Shown: one piece after another, positions 62,703 through 64,000 of the stretch
Layout: every line of letters starts with the position of its first letter
How positions within the stretch are numbered: position 1 is the stretch's first letter
From: Planctomycetota bacterium
GTDB taxonomy: Bacteria > Planctomycetota > UBA11346
Direction of reading: 5' to 3'
Assembly: GCA_038213805.1 (NCBI GenBank)
Contig: JBBQSO010000020.1
Coordinates: 1 to 64,000, forward strand
DNA: 64,000 nt
Translations under genes and position numbers: made by a program
Notes under the pieces: model-generated
Told to the model about the DNA's origin: nothing
Database searches by the model: none
What the model saw: only the letters and a program-made list of their open reading frames with translations

Positions 62703-63836
62703 TCAGCCCTCTTCGGCGGCTGCCTGCTTCGCCTTCCGGCCGACGGGCTTCACGCCGATCGCAGCTGCGATCTCGCGGTGCAGGCGCTGCACACGCTCGA
62801 CCTGGCCCTTGGCGGCGAAGCGCTCGTAGAAGCCTTCGGCGCGGAAGTCGCGCTGGCGCTCGGTCAGGGGCGCCAAGCGCGCGGTCCAGCGCTCGATGCG
62901 GCCCTTGGGATCGGCGTCGCTGCGCACCAGGTCGACGGCGACGCGGATCAGCGCCTTGAGCGTCACCGGCTTGGTCGCCATCGCGTCGGTGTCGCCCCAC
63001 AGTTCGCCGAAGGCGGTGGCGGCGGCCTTGAGAAAGTCGCGGATCACGGCGTAGCGGCGCTCGACCTCGGGCGCGGCGGCGCTGTCCGCGCCGTCGGCCT
63101 CGACCCAGCGCAGCACCTCATTGAAGAGTTCGGCCTGCAGGATCCACTTCTCTTTGCCGGAGCGCCCGCCGAGGCGGTTGATGCGGTAGCGCAGCGGGCT
63201 GTCACCGGAGGTGTAGAGGCGGTCCACGACGCGCGCGGCCAGCTTGCGCGCAGGCCCGGCGAACGACACGCGCTCGTAGAGGTCGATCAGGTGGCTCTTG
63301 TTGATGCGGGTGCCGGTCGAGTTGATCAGCACGAACATCTCAGCGGCGAAGTTCTCGTTGCGGCCGTCGAAGACCATGCACGGCACGCGGATGTGCTTGG
63401 CTTCCTCCGGGTGCTTGAGCAGGTGGAAGTGCAGGGCCGCGAGGCGGTGCTGGCCGTCGATGATCAGGAAGCGGTCGGACGGCTCGTCGAGATTGCCGAC
63501 GTGGTCCCACGGCGCGACCGGTGCGAAGGGCAGCTGCTTGGACGTGTAGAGCAGCACGGATCCGGGGATCATCGGCTGAGGTCCGCAGGTCTCATAGAAG
63601 TTGCGGATCGCGGCGACCTTGGCCTTGGCCATCGGGCGCTGGAAGGCGTCCTCCTGCTTTTCGACGTTGTGGATGAAGCGCCCGACCTCGTCCTGTTCCC
63701 CAGGCGCCGCTCCGGCGATGCGGCCTTCCTCAGCCTCGAAGCGCGAGGTGAAGCGCACCCGGCGCAACAGGTCCTCGGCGGGGTAGACCACGCTGTAGAA
63801 GACGCCTTCCTTCTGACTGACGCGGGTAGCGAGCAT
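62703..63836 (-). CDS. DGQHR domain protein (DndB-like, ParB/Srx superfamily)
   Basis: FQRP, IIDGQHRLAAL, MFVLINS..INKS. Confidence 0.88.
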   Translation of the reverse strand: MLATRVSQKEGVFYSVVYPAEDLLRRVRFTSRFEAEEGRIAGAAPGEQDEVGRFIHNVEKQEDAFQRPMAKAKVAAIRNFYETCGPQPMIPGSVLLYTSKQLPFAPVAPWDHVGNLDEPSDRFLIIDGQHRLAALHFHLLKHPEEAKHIRVPCMVFDGRNENFAAEMFVLINSTGTRINKSHLIDLYERVSFAGPARKLAARVVDRLYTSGDSPLRYRINRLGGRSGKEKWILQAELFNEVLRWVEADGADSAAAPEVERRYAVIRDFLKAAATAFGELWGDTDAMATKPVTLKALIRVAVDLVRSDADPKGRIERWTARLAPLTERQRDFRAEGFYERFAAKGQVERVQRLHREIAAAIGVKPVGRKAKQAAAEEG

Positions 63837-64000
63837 GGAAGCGCTCCAATGGGTTCGAATGGGCCCAAAGCTTAGCGGACCATGCCCGCCTCGACAAGGG
63901 GGGAGTATGGAGCCGGTCCAACGACTGTGCCTTCAGCGTTGAACCTTGGCGCCACCTGAGGGGAATGGCCGCTGAGTTCCGTTGAGTTCCGCAGCGTACG

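Overview
A high-GC bacterial chromosomal segment from a diderm organism (it encodes a secretin and outer-membrane beta-barrels). A PVC/Planctomycetota-like lineage is a guess, not shown. It is mostly housekeeping genes: the end of the nuo operon (nuoL partial, nuoM, nuoN), gcvT, gatC-gatA, ispD, typA, clpB, fusA, leuS, tRNA-Glu(TTC) and a DegP-like protease. It also holds a divergent secretin/PilM-PilN/PilO-like cluster, many secreted hypothetical proteins, a REC-HATPase plus Hpt pair, and a DGQHR plus SWIM-SNF2 helicase pair at the right end. No integrase, transposase or CRISPR array is visible. The most striking unexplained signal is a recurring intergenic architecture at about ten sites. 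Two arms, usually short tandem repeats of 7- or 8-nt units that differ between sites, face each other in inverted orientation around a unique 50-170 nt spacer. They very often begin at, or replace, the stop codon of the neighbouring gene, so several unrelated proteins share repeat-encoded C-termini. Other leads are a ClpB that reads like eukaryotic cytosolic Hsp101, a ubiquitin-like sulfur carrier whose GG terminus is masked, an Sm-like protein, a giant transglutaminase-like exported protein, and a doubly frameshifted surface protein. Product calls come from motif recognition only; no searches were run.
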